In this document: positions 16,359-24,000 of the stretch, one piece after another
Layout: each line of letters opens with the position of its first letter
Numbering within the stretch: the first letter of the stretch is position 1
From: Metabacillus lacus
Lineage (GTDB): Bacteria > Bacillota > Bacilli > Bacillales > Bacillaceae
Direction of reading: 5' to 3'
Length of the DNA stretch: 24,000 nt
NCBI RefSeq assembly: GCF_009674805.1
Contig: NZ_WKKI01000028.1
Span: 22,774-46,773 of the forward strand
The notes under the pieces: generated by a model
The model's input: the letters and a program-made list of their open reading frames with translations, nothing else
Told to the model about the DNA's origin: nothing
The model's database searches: none
Program-made: the position numbers and the translations under genes

Positions 16359-17703
16359 TTTTCTCACGCTCCTCTATTTCCTTCACTTCACAGTGGAGAA
16401 TTCCATCCTGCAGCCGGACTTTGATATGATCGCCGGGAGTGACATTCTCTTTTGTTTTTAAGAGTTGTTCTTTCTTATAAACAAGGCTGAATCCCCGTTC
16501 CATCACCTTTAGAGGGCTCAAAGCCTCCAGCTTGGAGACGCCTGCTTCAAACTCCGACTGTTTTCCCTTGAGCTTCAGCACCATTTCTCTTTGCAATTTC
16601 TTATTCAGCGCTTGATGAAGTTCAGCTGCACGCTGAATCTGCATGTGAGGATGTACAGTTTTCAGCCTGCTGCTGCTTTCCTTGAAGGCATTCTGTTTTT
16701 TCTCCAGCGCACGGAGGCTTCCCCTCTGAAGTCTCTCCAACATGGCATCGAGCTGCTGCTCTTTTTGTTCATACAGCTGCCTTGGAAAACGGAAGGCGTA
16801 AGACTTTTGAAGGCGGTCAAGCCTTTCCCTCTCTGCAGACATTTTTTCATTCATTCTCCGTGTTAACATGGTTGTCCTGTTTGATATACGCTCTGCCAGC
16901 TCGCTGAAGTGGGGAACTGCAAGCTCAGCAGCGCCCGTAGGAGTAGGAGCTCTCAAATCAGCCACAAAATCCGCGATTGTAAAATCCGTTTCATGTCCGA
17001 CAGCAGAAATGACAGGGATTTTCGACTTAAAGATTTCTCTGGCTACTGCTTCTTCATTAAAGCCCCAAAGTTCCTCAATAGATCCTCCGCCCCGCCCTAC
17101 AATCAGCACATCGAGATCCTTAACAGCATTCGCTTTAGCAATCGCATCCGCTACCGATTTCCCGGCATTAACACCCTGTACCAGGGCCGGGATGATTAAT
17201 ACCCTGGCAATTGGATATCTTCTTTTGATAGTTGTTATAATATCACGGACAGCCGCCCCTGTTGGAGAGGTAATAACGCCAATTTGGGAAGGATAACGGG
17301 GAATGGGCTTTTTATGCACAGGATCAAACAGCCCCTCCTTCTCAAGCTTCTTTTTCAGCTCTTCATATGCAAGATATAAACTTCCAATTCCATCAGGCTG
17401 CAATTCTTTTGCATAAATCTGATATCCTCCGCTGGATTCATATACGGCAATTTCTCCGCGAAGCAGTACCTTCATTCCGTTTTCCGGCCGGAATTTCAGG
17501 GAACGGTTTTGGCCTGCAAACATCACACCCTGAATTCTGGCATTTTCATCCTTGAGGGTAAAATACATATGTCCCCTGCTGTGCATTTTCAGATTGGACA
17601 ATTCCCCTTTTACCCAAATATCCTGCAAATGCGGATCCACATCAAATTTGCGCTTTATATATTTCGTCAGGGCTGTAACCGTTACATGCTTAATATCGCT
17701 CAC
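16351..17703 (-). CDS. xseA: Exodeoxyribonuclease VII large subunit
   Basis: 450-aa ORF with an N-terminal OB-fold region, a catalytic core and a C-terminal coiled-coil, as expected for XseA. It starts at GTG with GGGAGG 7 nt upstream. Confidence 0.95.
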   Translation of the reverse strand: MSDIKHVTVTALTKYIKRKFDVDPHLQDIWVKGELSNLKMHSRGHMYFTLKDENARIQGVMFAGQNRSLKFRPENGMKVLLRGEIAVYESSGGYQIYAKELQPDGIGSLYLAYEELKKKLEKEGLFDPVHKKPIPRYPSQIGVITSPTGAAVRDIITTIKRRYPIARVLIIPALVQGVNAGKSVADAIAKANAVKDLDVLIVGRGGGSIEELWGFNEEAVAREIFKSKIPVISAVGHETDFTIADFVADLRAPTPTGAAELAVPHFSELAERISNRTTMLTRRMNEKMSAERERLDRLQKSYAFRFPRQLYEQKEQQLDAMLERLQRGSLRALEKKQNAFKESSSRLKTVHPHMQIQRAAELHQALNKKLQREMVLKLKGKQSEFEAGVSKLEALSPLKVMERGFSLVYKKEQLLKTKENVTPGDHIKVRLQDGILHCEVKEIEEREKNG

Positions 17704-17722
17704 TAAAATGCCTCCCGTGCCT

Positions 17723-18589
17723 TTACCTTGAGGTTTTCTCTGATAAAAATTGTTTGGCTGCTTTTACAGTATTGTAGGCCAGCATTGCAATTGTCATCGG
17801 CCCGACACCGCCCGGAACAGGCGTAATATAGCCGGCAACCTGCTTTGCTTCTTCAAAGTCAACATCGCCTGTGAGTTTGCCGTTGTCCATTCGGTTGACT
17901 CCAACATCAATGACAACCGCTCCCGGCTTTATATCTATCCCTTTTATCAAGTGTGCTTTACCGGCTGCAGCAATAAGAATATCAGCCTGCCTTGTATATT
18001 CTGATAAATTTTTTGTTCGTGAATGGCAGTAAGTGACGGTTGCATGCTGATCCAAAAGCAGCTGGCCGACCGGTTTCCCAACAATATTGCTTCTCCCGAC
18101 AACGACCGCATGCTTTCCTTCGGGAGAGATGCCTTGAGATGACAACAATTTCATAATGCCTGCAGGTGTGCAGGATAAGTAAGTATCCTCACCCGCCAGC
18201 ATTTTTCCTGTATTTAACGGATGAAATCCATCAACGTCCTTTAAAGGAGAAATCCTTTCAATTACAGCTTTTTCTTCAATATGCTTAGGAAGAGGTAGCT
18301 GAACCAGGATGCCATGAAAGGACTCATGCTCGTTATAATAGTCGATTTTCTCTAATAATTCCTGCTGCGTTGCGGATTCCGAAAGATGGTTCAGTGTAAA
18401 GTGTATGCCGGTTTCTTCAGATGCCTTTTGTTTACCTTTTATGTATGATAGAGAAGCAGGATCATTTCCAACCAATATCACAGCCAGTCCCGGCACGACA
18501 TTCTCTTGTTTAAGTTTTTCTACTTCTTCGCTCAGTTCAGCGCGCACCTTTTGTGCCACTTCTTTACCATTGATAATAGATGCCAACAT
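17723..18589 (-). CDS. folD: Bifunctional methylenetetrahydrofolate dehydrogenase/cyclohydrolase
   Basis: 288-aa ORF with FolD motifs ([17 protein letters not shown]; [13 protein letters not shown]; [10 protein letters not shown]). Confidence 0.95.
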   Translation of the reverse strand: MLASIINGKEVAQKVRAELSEEVEKLKQENVVPGLAVILVGNDPASLSYIKGKQKASEETGIHFTLNHLSESATQQELLEKIDYYNEHESFHGILVQLPLPKHIEEKAVIERISPLKDVDGFHPLNTGKMLAGEDTYLSCTPAGIMKLLSSQGISPEGKHAVVVGRSNIVGKPVGQLLLDQHATVTYCHSRTKNLSEYTRQADILIAAAGKAHLIKGIDIKPGAVVIDVGVNRMDNGKLTGDVDFEEAKQVAGYITPVPGGVGPMTIAMLAYNTVKAAKQFLSEKTSR

Positions 18590-18605
18590 ACAATCTCCTC
18601 CGCTT

Positions 18606-18992
18606 TTATAAAGAATTTTTCACGTTAGAGAGCACGCCATTGACAAATCGGCTTGAAGAGTCGTCACCGAACGTTTTTGAAAGTTCAATCGCTTCATCAA
18701 TTGACACTGACACAGGAATTTCTTCCATGAATCTCATTTCAAAGACAGACATTCTAAGTACGGCACGGTCAACATTAGCTAGACGTTCAAGAGTCCACTT
18801 TACCAGATGGGGTTTGATAAGAGCATCAATTTCTTCCTGATGCTTCAGTGTCCCATTTACAAGCGTTTCTAAAAATGGATCGTTTTCCTTTCCGTCCAAT
18901 GCATGCTGGATGGCCTCTGATGGCTCAATCCCGCTTACATCAATTTGAAATAATGCCTGCAAGGCTACTTCTCTAGCTGTTCTGCGTTTCAT
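18606..18992 (-). CDS. nusB: Transcription antitermination factor NusB
   Basis: 128-aa ORF starting MKRRTAREVALQALFQ, with GAAGGAG 7 nt upstream of the ATG. Confidence 0.95.
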   Translation of the reverse strand: MKRRTAREVALQALFQIDVSGIEPSEAIQHALDGKENDPFLETLVNGTLKHQEEIDALIKPHLVKWTLERLANVDRAVLRMSVFEMRFMEEIPVSVSIDEAIELSKTFGDDSSSRFVNGVLSNVKNSL

Positions 18993-19850
18993 TGTTTTAA
19001 CTCCTTCAATTGTGGTTCGAATGTCTTAAACAGATAATAACATATAACAAAGTGGAAAAAAACCGTAAATATACTGTTTTCCTCTTGAATTCCGAATGTT
19101 ATTACCCTGCGTTTATTAATCATTCGCTTTTTATTGTTTAATGGTTTTTTACTTAGTACTTGCTGAGGAAACTGGTTAAGCACCATTTTTCAGTTAATAG
19201 ACGTCACATATCCATTTAATTTGATATGGCGGTAAAAAAAGCCGGGAATAGCCGGAGACATTCCGTCTCTTAGCGTTTACTATCGTACAAACGGGGTTTC
19301 ATCAGCATAGCCGTAAAGTTTCTGCTTATTTTTCTTAAAAAAGTGATTCTCTGGACGTATGAGAAAAAGCTCCTCTTATTACTCTTTCGTCGGTGAATCA
19401 ATTGATGCTGATACACTTGAATATTCCTTGGAGCTTGTTTAGATCGACAACAAGAAACCTTCCATCAAGCATAATTATATAGCACAGCCTTCTTGAAAAG
19501 GCGGGATAACCATCTGAAGCCGGATCCTGCCCTCTTAAGTGATTTCAATATTATATAGTATTGCCTGCGGATTGAATAGTAAAATTGCAACTTCAAATAA
19601 AATTGCCGAGAGTATCTTTTGTGTACGCTGTTTTCCTGCACCATTAGTGGATCGCACTCGGCTGTACAGGCAGCTCAGCCGACAGAGCAGCTGCGCACTT
19701 GTCTGGTATTTGTAGCTTGAATCGCACTGCTTCATCTTCTTATAACTATATCACAAGTTTACTATCTCTTTTGAGGCTTTTTGCCTGACGAGAGTACTGT
19801 CAGCTTCCTGCTGAGTTCATCTTGGAGGGAATATATGCTTTCCTAACACA

Positions 19851-19891
19851 GAAAAAGCAAAAAGCCCCTTTAACAAAAGAGGCTTTTTTGC
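19851..19891 (-). terminator. Strong rho-independent terminator after yqhY
   Basis: The minus strand reads GCAAAAAAGCCUCUUU-uguu-AAAGGGGCUUUUUGC, a stem of about 15 bp, followed by UUUUUC. One pair is G-U on the minus-strand RNA but a C-A mismatch on the plus strand. Confidence 0.8.
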
Positions 19892-19899
19892 TCATAATA

Positions 19900-20310
19900 T
19901 TACATTTCTTGATCAATCTCAGTTTCTTGCGTTTTTACTGATTCAAACTGCACACCTACAACATGAACATTTACTTCATTAATATTTAGTGCGGTCATAT
20001 TCAGAAGAGCCTGCCTGATATTGTCTTGAATTCTTTGTGCCACTGCCGGGATCGAAACGCCAAAGATCATCACACAGTAGATATCTACAATAATGCCTTC
20101 TTCAGATAGCTCAACTTTCACACCTTTGCCGTGGTTCTTTTTGCCGAGGCGTTCAACTACACCAGCTGCAAAATTCCCGCGCATTTGGGCTACTCCATCA
20201 ATTTCGGAAGCAGCTATTCCAGCAATCACTTCAATGACTTCCGGAGCGATCTCTACTTTACCCAGCCCGTTTTCTTCCTGGCCCATTTCAAGTATTTTAT
20301 TTTCTTTCAC
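19900..20310 (-). CDS. yqhY: Asp23/Gls24-family alkaline shock protein
   Basis: The 136-aa ORF reads GLGKVEIAPEVIEVIAGIAASEIDGVAQMRG..., typical of the Asp23 family. It starts at GTG with GGAGGTG 6 nt upstream. The position after accC matches B. subtilis. Confidence 0.9.
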   Translation of the reverse strand: MKENKILEMGQEENGLGKVEIAPEVIEVIAGIAASEIDGVAQMRGNFAAGVVERLGKKNHGKGVKVELSEEGIIVDIYCVMIFGVSIPAVAQRIQDNIRQALLNMTALNINEVNVHVVGVQFESVKTQETEIDQEM

Positions 20311-20332
20311 TTAAGGCACCTCCAATATTGAA

Positions 20333-21685
20333 TTAAGCGTCCATTAATGGATGTAATTCCAAAAATTTGGTATTGAATTCTCCGCCTGTAAATACATCAT
20401 GCGAAAGAAGTTTCAGATGGAAAGGGATTGTTGTGGAAACTCCCTCTATAACAAATTCATTAAGAGCACGTTTCATTCTTGCGATCGCTTCATCCCTGGT
20501 TGCTCCATATGTAATTAATTTTGCAATCATTGAATCGTAATAAGGCGGAATCATATAACCGGGATATACCGCTGAATCTACTCTAACACCCAGGCCGCCG
20601 GGGGGCAAGTACATTTCAATTCTCCCTGCAGAAGGCATAAAGTTTTTATAAGGATTTTCAGCATTTATTCTGCATTCAATTGCCCAGCCGCTGAAAGTCA
20701 CTTCTTCCTGAGACACTGAAAGCTGCTTTCCGGATGCTGCGTATATTTGTTCTTTGATAAGATCAATGCCGGTTACCATCTCGGTTACAGGATGCTCTAC
20801 TTGAATCCTTGTATTCATTTCCATGAAATAGAATTTTTGTTCCCTATAATCAAAAATGAACTCAATTGTTCCTGCACCTGTGTAATTTACAGCCTGTGCT
20901 GCTTTAACGGCCGCTGAGCCCATCTGTTCCCTGACCTCTTCCGAAAGCGCCGGAGAAGGTGTTTCTTCCACAAGCTTCTGAAGTCTTCGCTGAATTGTGC
21001 AGTCTCTCTCACCCAAGTGAATCACATTTCCATGAGAATCAGCCAGCACCTGTATCTCCACATGGCGGAAATCTTCAATATATTTCTCAATATACACACC
21101 GGGATTTCCAAAAGCAGTAGCAGCTTCCTGCTGGGTGATTTGCAGCCCCTTAATCAGCTCCTGCTCATTTTTCGCTACACGAATTCCTTTTCCGCCGCCG
21201 CCCGCAGTTGCTTTCAAAATGACGGGATAGCCAATTTCTTCTGCTAAAGAAACTGCATCTTTTTCATCTTTGATGATTCCTTTGGATCCTGGCACTATCG
21301 GAACATTGGCTGCCCTCATCGTTTCTCTGGCAACATCCTTTGTTCCCATTTTATTAATTGCATCAGAGCTTGGCCCGACAAAAATGATGTTGCACTCTTT
21401 GCAAAGCTCGGCAAAATCAGCATTCTCGGCTAAAAATCCATATCCGGGATGAATGGCGTCACAAGCTGTCAGCTTTGCTACGCTCAATATATTAGTGATA
21501 TTTAAATAACTGTCTTTAGAAGCAGTCGGACCGATACAATAGGCTTCATCAGCAAGCTGAACATGGAGCGCTTCCCGGTCAGCTTCCGAAAAGACAGCAA
21601 CAGTTTCTATCTCCAGTTCTCTGCATGCCCTGATAATCCGTACTGCAATTTCTCCTCTATTGGCAATTAACAATTTCTTTATCAT
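20333..21685 (-). CDS. accC: Acetyl-CoA carboxylase, biotin carboxylase subunit
   Basis: 450-aa ATP-grasp enzyme ([17 protein letters not shown]...; GGGGKGIRV; [14 protein letters not shown]). Confidence 0.95.
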   Translation of the reverse strand: MIKKLLIANRGEIAVRIIRACRELEIETVAVFSEADREALHVQLADEAYCIGPTASKDSYLNITNILSVAKLTACDAIHPGYGFLAENADFAELCKECNIIFVGPSSDAINKMGTKDVARETMRAANVPIVPGSKGIIKDEKDAVSLAEEIGYPVILKATAGGGGKGIRVAKNEQELIKGLQITQQEAATAFGNPGVYIEKYIEDFRHVEIQVLADSHGNVIHLGERDCTIQRRLQKLVEETPSPALSEEVREQMGSAAVKAAQAVNYTGAGTIEFIFDYREQKFYFMEMNTRIQVEHPVTEMVTGIDLIKEQIYAASGKQLSVSQEEVTFSGWAIECRINAENPYKNFMPSAGRIEMYLPPGGLGVRVDSAVYPGYMIPPYYDSMIAKLITYGATRDEAIARMKRALNEFVIEGVSTTIPFHLKLLSHDVFTGGEFNTKFLELHPLMDA

Positions 21686-21696
21686 ATTACCGCTCC

Positions 21697-22206
21697 TTAT
21701 TCAGGCTTTACTAGGAATAAAGGCTGTCCATATTCTACAAGCTGCCCGTTTTCAACTAGTATTTCCACCACTTCTCCGTTAACCTCAGCTTCAATTTCAT
21801 TAAACAGCTTCATCGCTTCCACTATGCATACGACAGAGTCTTTGGAAACTTTAGAGCCATTTTTGACAAAAGCTTCGGCATCAGGGGAAGAAGCAGAATA
21901 AAAAGTTCCCACCATTGGAGATGTAATTTTAACGAAGCTGCCGGCACCGGCTGATTGAGAGTCTTTTGTTTCTTTCTGTTCGGCCTTAGGAGCCTCAACA
22001 GCTTCCGGCGCTGCAGCTGCAGGAGCTGGCTGCTGAGCAGGCTGAACAGCCGGCGCAGAAGGAACAGACTGAATAACCTCTTGTCCTTCAAGGACAGCGT
22101 TTTTCTTCATTTTAATTTTAGAACCTTCATGTTCGTAGGTAAACTCATCAATAGATGATGTATCAATCAATTTAATAAGTTCACGGATTTCTTGGATTTT
22201 CAGCAT
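21697..22206 (-). CDS. accB: Acetyl-CoA carboxylase, biotin carboxyl carrier protein
   Basis: 169 aa, with an Ala/Pro-rich linker and the biotinyl-lysine motif [11 protein letters not shown]. Confidence 0.95.
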   Translation of the reverse strand: MLKIQEIRELIKLIDTSSIDEFTYEHEGSKIKMKKNAVLEGQEVIQSVPSAPAVQPAQQPAPAAAAPEAVEAPKAEQKETKDSQSAGAGSFVKITSPMVGTFYSASSPDAEAFVKNGSKVSKDSVVCIVEAMKLFNEIEAEVNGEVVEILVENGQLVEYGQPLFLVKPE

Positions 22207-22254
22207 GAATAGTGCACCCCTTAAAGAATGTTTACAGAATTATTGTAAGATACT

Positions 22255-22283
22255 AATATTTTATAATCTAGTACTAAAATCAA
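22255..22283 (-). promoter_or_regulatory. Candidate weak sigma-A promoter of accBC, with a FapR-operator-like sequence as its spacer
   Basis: The minus strand reads TTGATT (22278-22283), then the 17-nt spacer TTAGTACTAGATTATAA (22261-22277), then AATATT (22255-22260). The spacer matches 13 of 17 positions of the FapR operator TTAGTACCAGGTACTAA as I recall it, and one half-site (TTAGTAC) is perfect. An alternative promoter, TTTAAG-17-TATAAT, lies at 22403-22431. Confidence 0.3.
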
Positions 22284-22532
22284 GTGATATAATTACATCT
22301 TACGATAGACAGAGGCAAACATTCAACAGTTTCTCAAAAATTGGTATGGCCACCTTCTCTTTTTAGGGAATACTGCCTGATTATTTTTGCTTCCTATCAG
22401 CTATTATAATGCAAAAACACATTGGCTTAAACGATTGGGTATTCTGCCGTTTCCTCATTCACATGCAAAAGGCCCGCAATTTTAAAATATAGATAGCATA
22501 CCAATATGGTTAGACTTCCACCATTCCTAAAC

Positions 22533-22580
22533 AAAAAAATGACAAAAGGCAGTGAGAAGGACTTCCCACTACCTTTTGCC
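22533..22580 (-). terminator. Long rho-independent terminator after the spoIIIA operon
   Basis: The minus strand reads GGCAAAAGGUAGUGGGAAG..CUUCUCACUGCCUUUUGUC, up to 19 bp, followed by AUUUUUUUG. Three of the pairs are G-U on the minus-strand RNA and would be A-C mismatches on the plus strand, which fixes the functional strand. Confidence 0.8.
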
Positions 22581-22614
22581 GACAATCTGCAGCCTGCTCC
22601 AGCAGGCTTTATTC

Positions 22615-23364
22615 CTAATTATTAGAAGGTTCAAAGGTGACAGCAACATCTTCCATCTTGTCTATTTCACCTTTTACCAGCATGATGATTTCGTTGGCTT
22701 TTGCTGCTGTTGCTTCCTTGCTCTTGACTGTGATTTTCACTTTGTTTCCATCAGCGCGCACTAGCGCATCATCATACCCCCGGGATTTTAAAAGAGTTTC
22801 AAGGATAGATTCTTTTGCCGCGATATCCTGTAATTCTCTCAGCTCGTCATACGCCCTGCTTTTTTCCACTGCTGATACATCCTTGTTTGCCACAGTATCC
22901 TGAAGCTCTTGTTTACGCTCGCTTCTCGCATCCTCAAGTTCCATTCTCATTGTGGTAAACAGTTCATCGCTCTCAACGCTTGAGATAACAGTTCCATCTT
23001 CAAGCTCTTCTGTTACTGCATCTTCTTCAGTTTGCTGCTTGCCATCCTTGGATGTGCCCGGCTGCTCGCCATCTTTTCCAGGCTGTTCTGCCCCTTCTTT
23101 ATCAGCAGCCCCGTCATCTTTAGGCTGTTCGCCGTCTTTAGGCTTTTCTTCTCCTGCAGGCTGTTTTTCTTCTGCAGGTTTTTGTTCACCCTTTTCGCTT
23201 TCTTCTGTCATTTGATCAATGGACTGCCCTTCAGACTTTTCGCCATTACCTGTCATCACGACATTATTTGTATCGTTTTCAGGTGATGTAATATAATACA
23301 CAGAAAGTACTACGACCAGGCTAAGCATGGTCAGCAACCATACAGTTTGTTTCTTCAGCATCAT
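22615..23364 (-). CDS. spoIIIAH: Stage III sporulation protein AH
   Basis: 249 aa, starting with the membrane anchor MMLKKQTVWLLTMLSLVVVLSVYYIT. An acidic, low-complexity linker follows, then a C-terminal YscJ/FliF-like domain. Its position after spoIIIAG fits. Confidence 0.9.
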   Translation of the reverse strand: MMLKKQTVWLLTMLSLVVVLSVYYITSPENDTNNVVMTGNGEKSEGQSIDQMTEESEKGEQKPAEEKQPAGEEKPKDGEQPKDDGAADKEGAEQPGKDGEQPGTSKDGKQQTEEDAVTEELEDGTVISSVESDELFTTMRMELEDARSERKQELQDTVANKDVSAVEKSRAYDELRELQDIAAKESILETLLKSRGYDDALVRADGNKVKITVKSKEATAAKANEIIMLVKGEIDKMEDVAVTFEPSNN

Positions 23365-23377
23365 TTATAATTCCTCC

Positions 23378-24000
23378 TCAACCTTTTTTAGCTGCAACTG
23401 CAACCTGATGGCTCGGCACACCGAGCACTCTGGTAACTGCATCAATGATATTTTTCTTTATTTGAACGTTGTCTGCCCCTTTGGCCACAACGAGTACACC
23501 GCGAATGTCAGGTTTTTTGGTTTGAAGGACGAGAGGTGTCTCTTGTTCTCCGTTTTTGTACATCACTACCTGCTCATCTATCTGCTGATCTGTTACTTTT
23601 CGTGTTCCGCCTTCGCGATCACTTTCATCAGTGGTCTGGCTTTGTGATACACGATTTTTTTCAATGACCTTCATGGAAGTGGCGTCTACGTTAACAAGTA
23701 CTGTGACATCCTCCACGCCTATCATTGTTTCCAGCGCTTCCTTGAGCTGCGTCTCGTACTGATTTTCATAATCTTTAATAGATCCTTTTTCTGCTTCATT
23801 CGATGATTTAAAGACTTCAGCATCATCCTGTACAGCTTCCTCAGAAGCCGGGATGGACGGTCCTGCATGTTGTTCTGTAGTAAGGAGATTACTGATCAGC
23901 ATAAAGGAAATTCCTGCTGCCAGGAGAAGAAGAAAATAGTGGGATTTGCTCAGCTTGCCATCCCCGCTTCCCTTCCCCTGCAAAAGAATTTTTAGTTTAT
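23378..24000 (-). CDS. spoIIIAG: Stage III sporulation protein AG; N-terminus lies beyond the right edge
   Basis: The reading frame stays open upstream of the TTG at 23983 to the window edge (..KLKILLQGKGSGDGKLSKSHYFLLLLAAGISFMLISNLL). This aligns with the region just before the single TM helix of B. subtilis SpoIIIAG, so the true start is probably outside the window. Confidence 0.85.
   Translation of the reverse strand, partial: KLKILLQGKGSGDGKLSKSHYFLLLLAAGISFMLISNLLTTEQHAGPSIPASEEAVQDDAEVFKSSNEAEKGSIKDYENQYETQLKEALETMIGVEDVTVLVNVDATSMKVIEKNRVSQSQTTDESDREGGTRKVTDQQIDEQVVMYKNGEQETPLVLQTKKPDIRGVLVVAKGADNVQIKKNIIDAVTRVLGVPSHQVAVAAKKG

Noticed and set aside
18989-19186. A 65-aa minus-strand ORF whose TGA overlaps the nusB ATG (ATGA), which could suggest a translationally coupled upstream gene
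   Set aside because: There is no SD before either candidate ATG. The sequence is very AT-rich and the peptide is low-complexity and Lys/Asn/Phe-rich with no recognisable family features. It more likely reflects the nusB promoter or leader region. The ATGA overlap alone is weak evidence.
19301-19412. An 8-bp inverted repeat, ATCAGCAT / ATGCTGAT, separated by 96 nt in the orphan spacer
   Set aside because: Several 8-bp complementary pairs are expected by chance in about 700 nt, and this one cannot be extended. It is not evidence of structure by itself.
19535-19735. A 66-aa minus-strand ORF (MKQCDSSYKYQ...) in the orphan spacer
   Set aside because: It has no spaced SD; AAGAAG directly abuts the ATG. 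The composition is odd and it spans the palindromic G+C-rich island, which by itself keeps a frame open. I treat it as non-coding pending a homology search.
19785-19791. CUGACGA on the plus strand next to a CUGAC/GUCAG hairpin, resembling the hammerhead ribozyme CUGANGA core
   Set aside because: No GAAA element, no stem III and no UH cleavage site occur in the required arrangement on either side. A single 7-nt core match is expected by chance.
19824-19846. A strong SD (GGAGGG) 5 nt upstream of an ATG on the plus strand, just before the bidirectional hairpin
   Set aside because: The ORF is only three codons long (MLS-stop) and no plus-strand gene lies downstream for it to regulate. It is most likely a coincidental reverse complement of minus-strand sequence.
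21822-22091. An 89-aa minus-strand ORF and a 67-aa plus-strand ORF inside accB with repetitive Leu/Arg-rich sequence
   Set aside because: They are generated by the Ala/Pro-rich (GC-repetitive) linker of AccB read in other frames. They are not independent genes.

Overview
This window is a chromosomal segment from an endospore-forming Bacillaceae genome. All but two genes run on the minus strand. Reading the minus strand from right to left, the order is spoIIIAG (partial), spoIIIAH, accB, accC, yqhY (Asp23 family), nusB, folD, xseA, xseB, ispA, an 806-bp ORF-free gap, a 4-TM membrane protein, dxs, tlyA/yqxC, argR/ahrC, recN, spoIVB, spo0A, yqiK, bkdR, ptb, bcd and buk (partial). This matches the B. 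subtilis yqh/yqi region.

The main finding is the gap between ispA and dxs. It holds a G+C-rich, ORF-free element of about 610 nt with many helices and its own sigma-A promoter. A 201-aa four-helix membrane protein follows directly. By context, size and architecture I call these an OLE-class (ornate, large, extremophilic) RNA and its partner OapA. The class is already described, but its biochemical function is unresolved. I could not run a covariance-model search, so the call rests on synteny and hand-read structure.

A second unexplained region is about 0.7 kb with no credible ORF, between the yqhY terminator and nusB. It contains a G+C-rich island that can fold as a pseudoknot.

Other signals:
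- a textbook sigma-54 promoter upstream of ptb
- TGCAAT-N2-ATTGCA palindromes upstream of ptb, with one more copy at bkdR's own promoter
- a FapR-operator-like box upstream of accB
- a 49-aa ORF with a strong RBS, convergent with spo0A
- several rho-independent terminators whose G-U pairs indicate the strand

I saw no CRISPR array, rRNA or tRNA gene, or recognisable mobile element.
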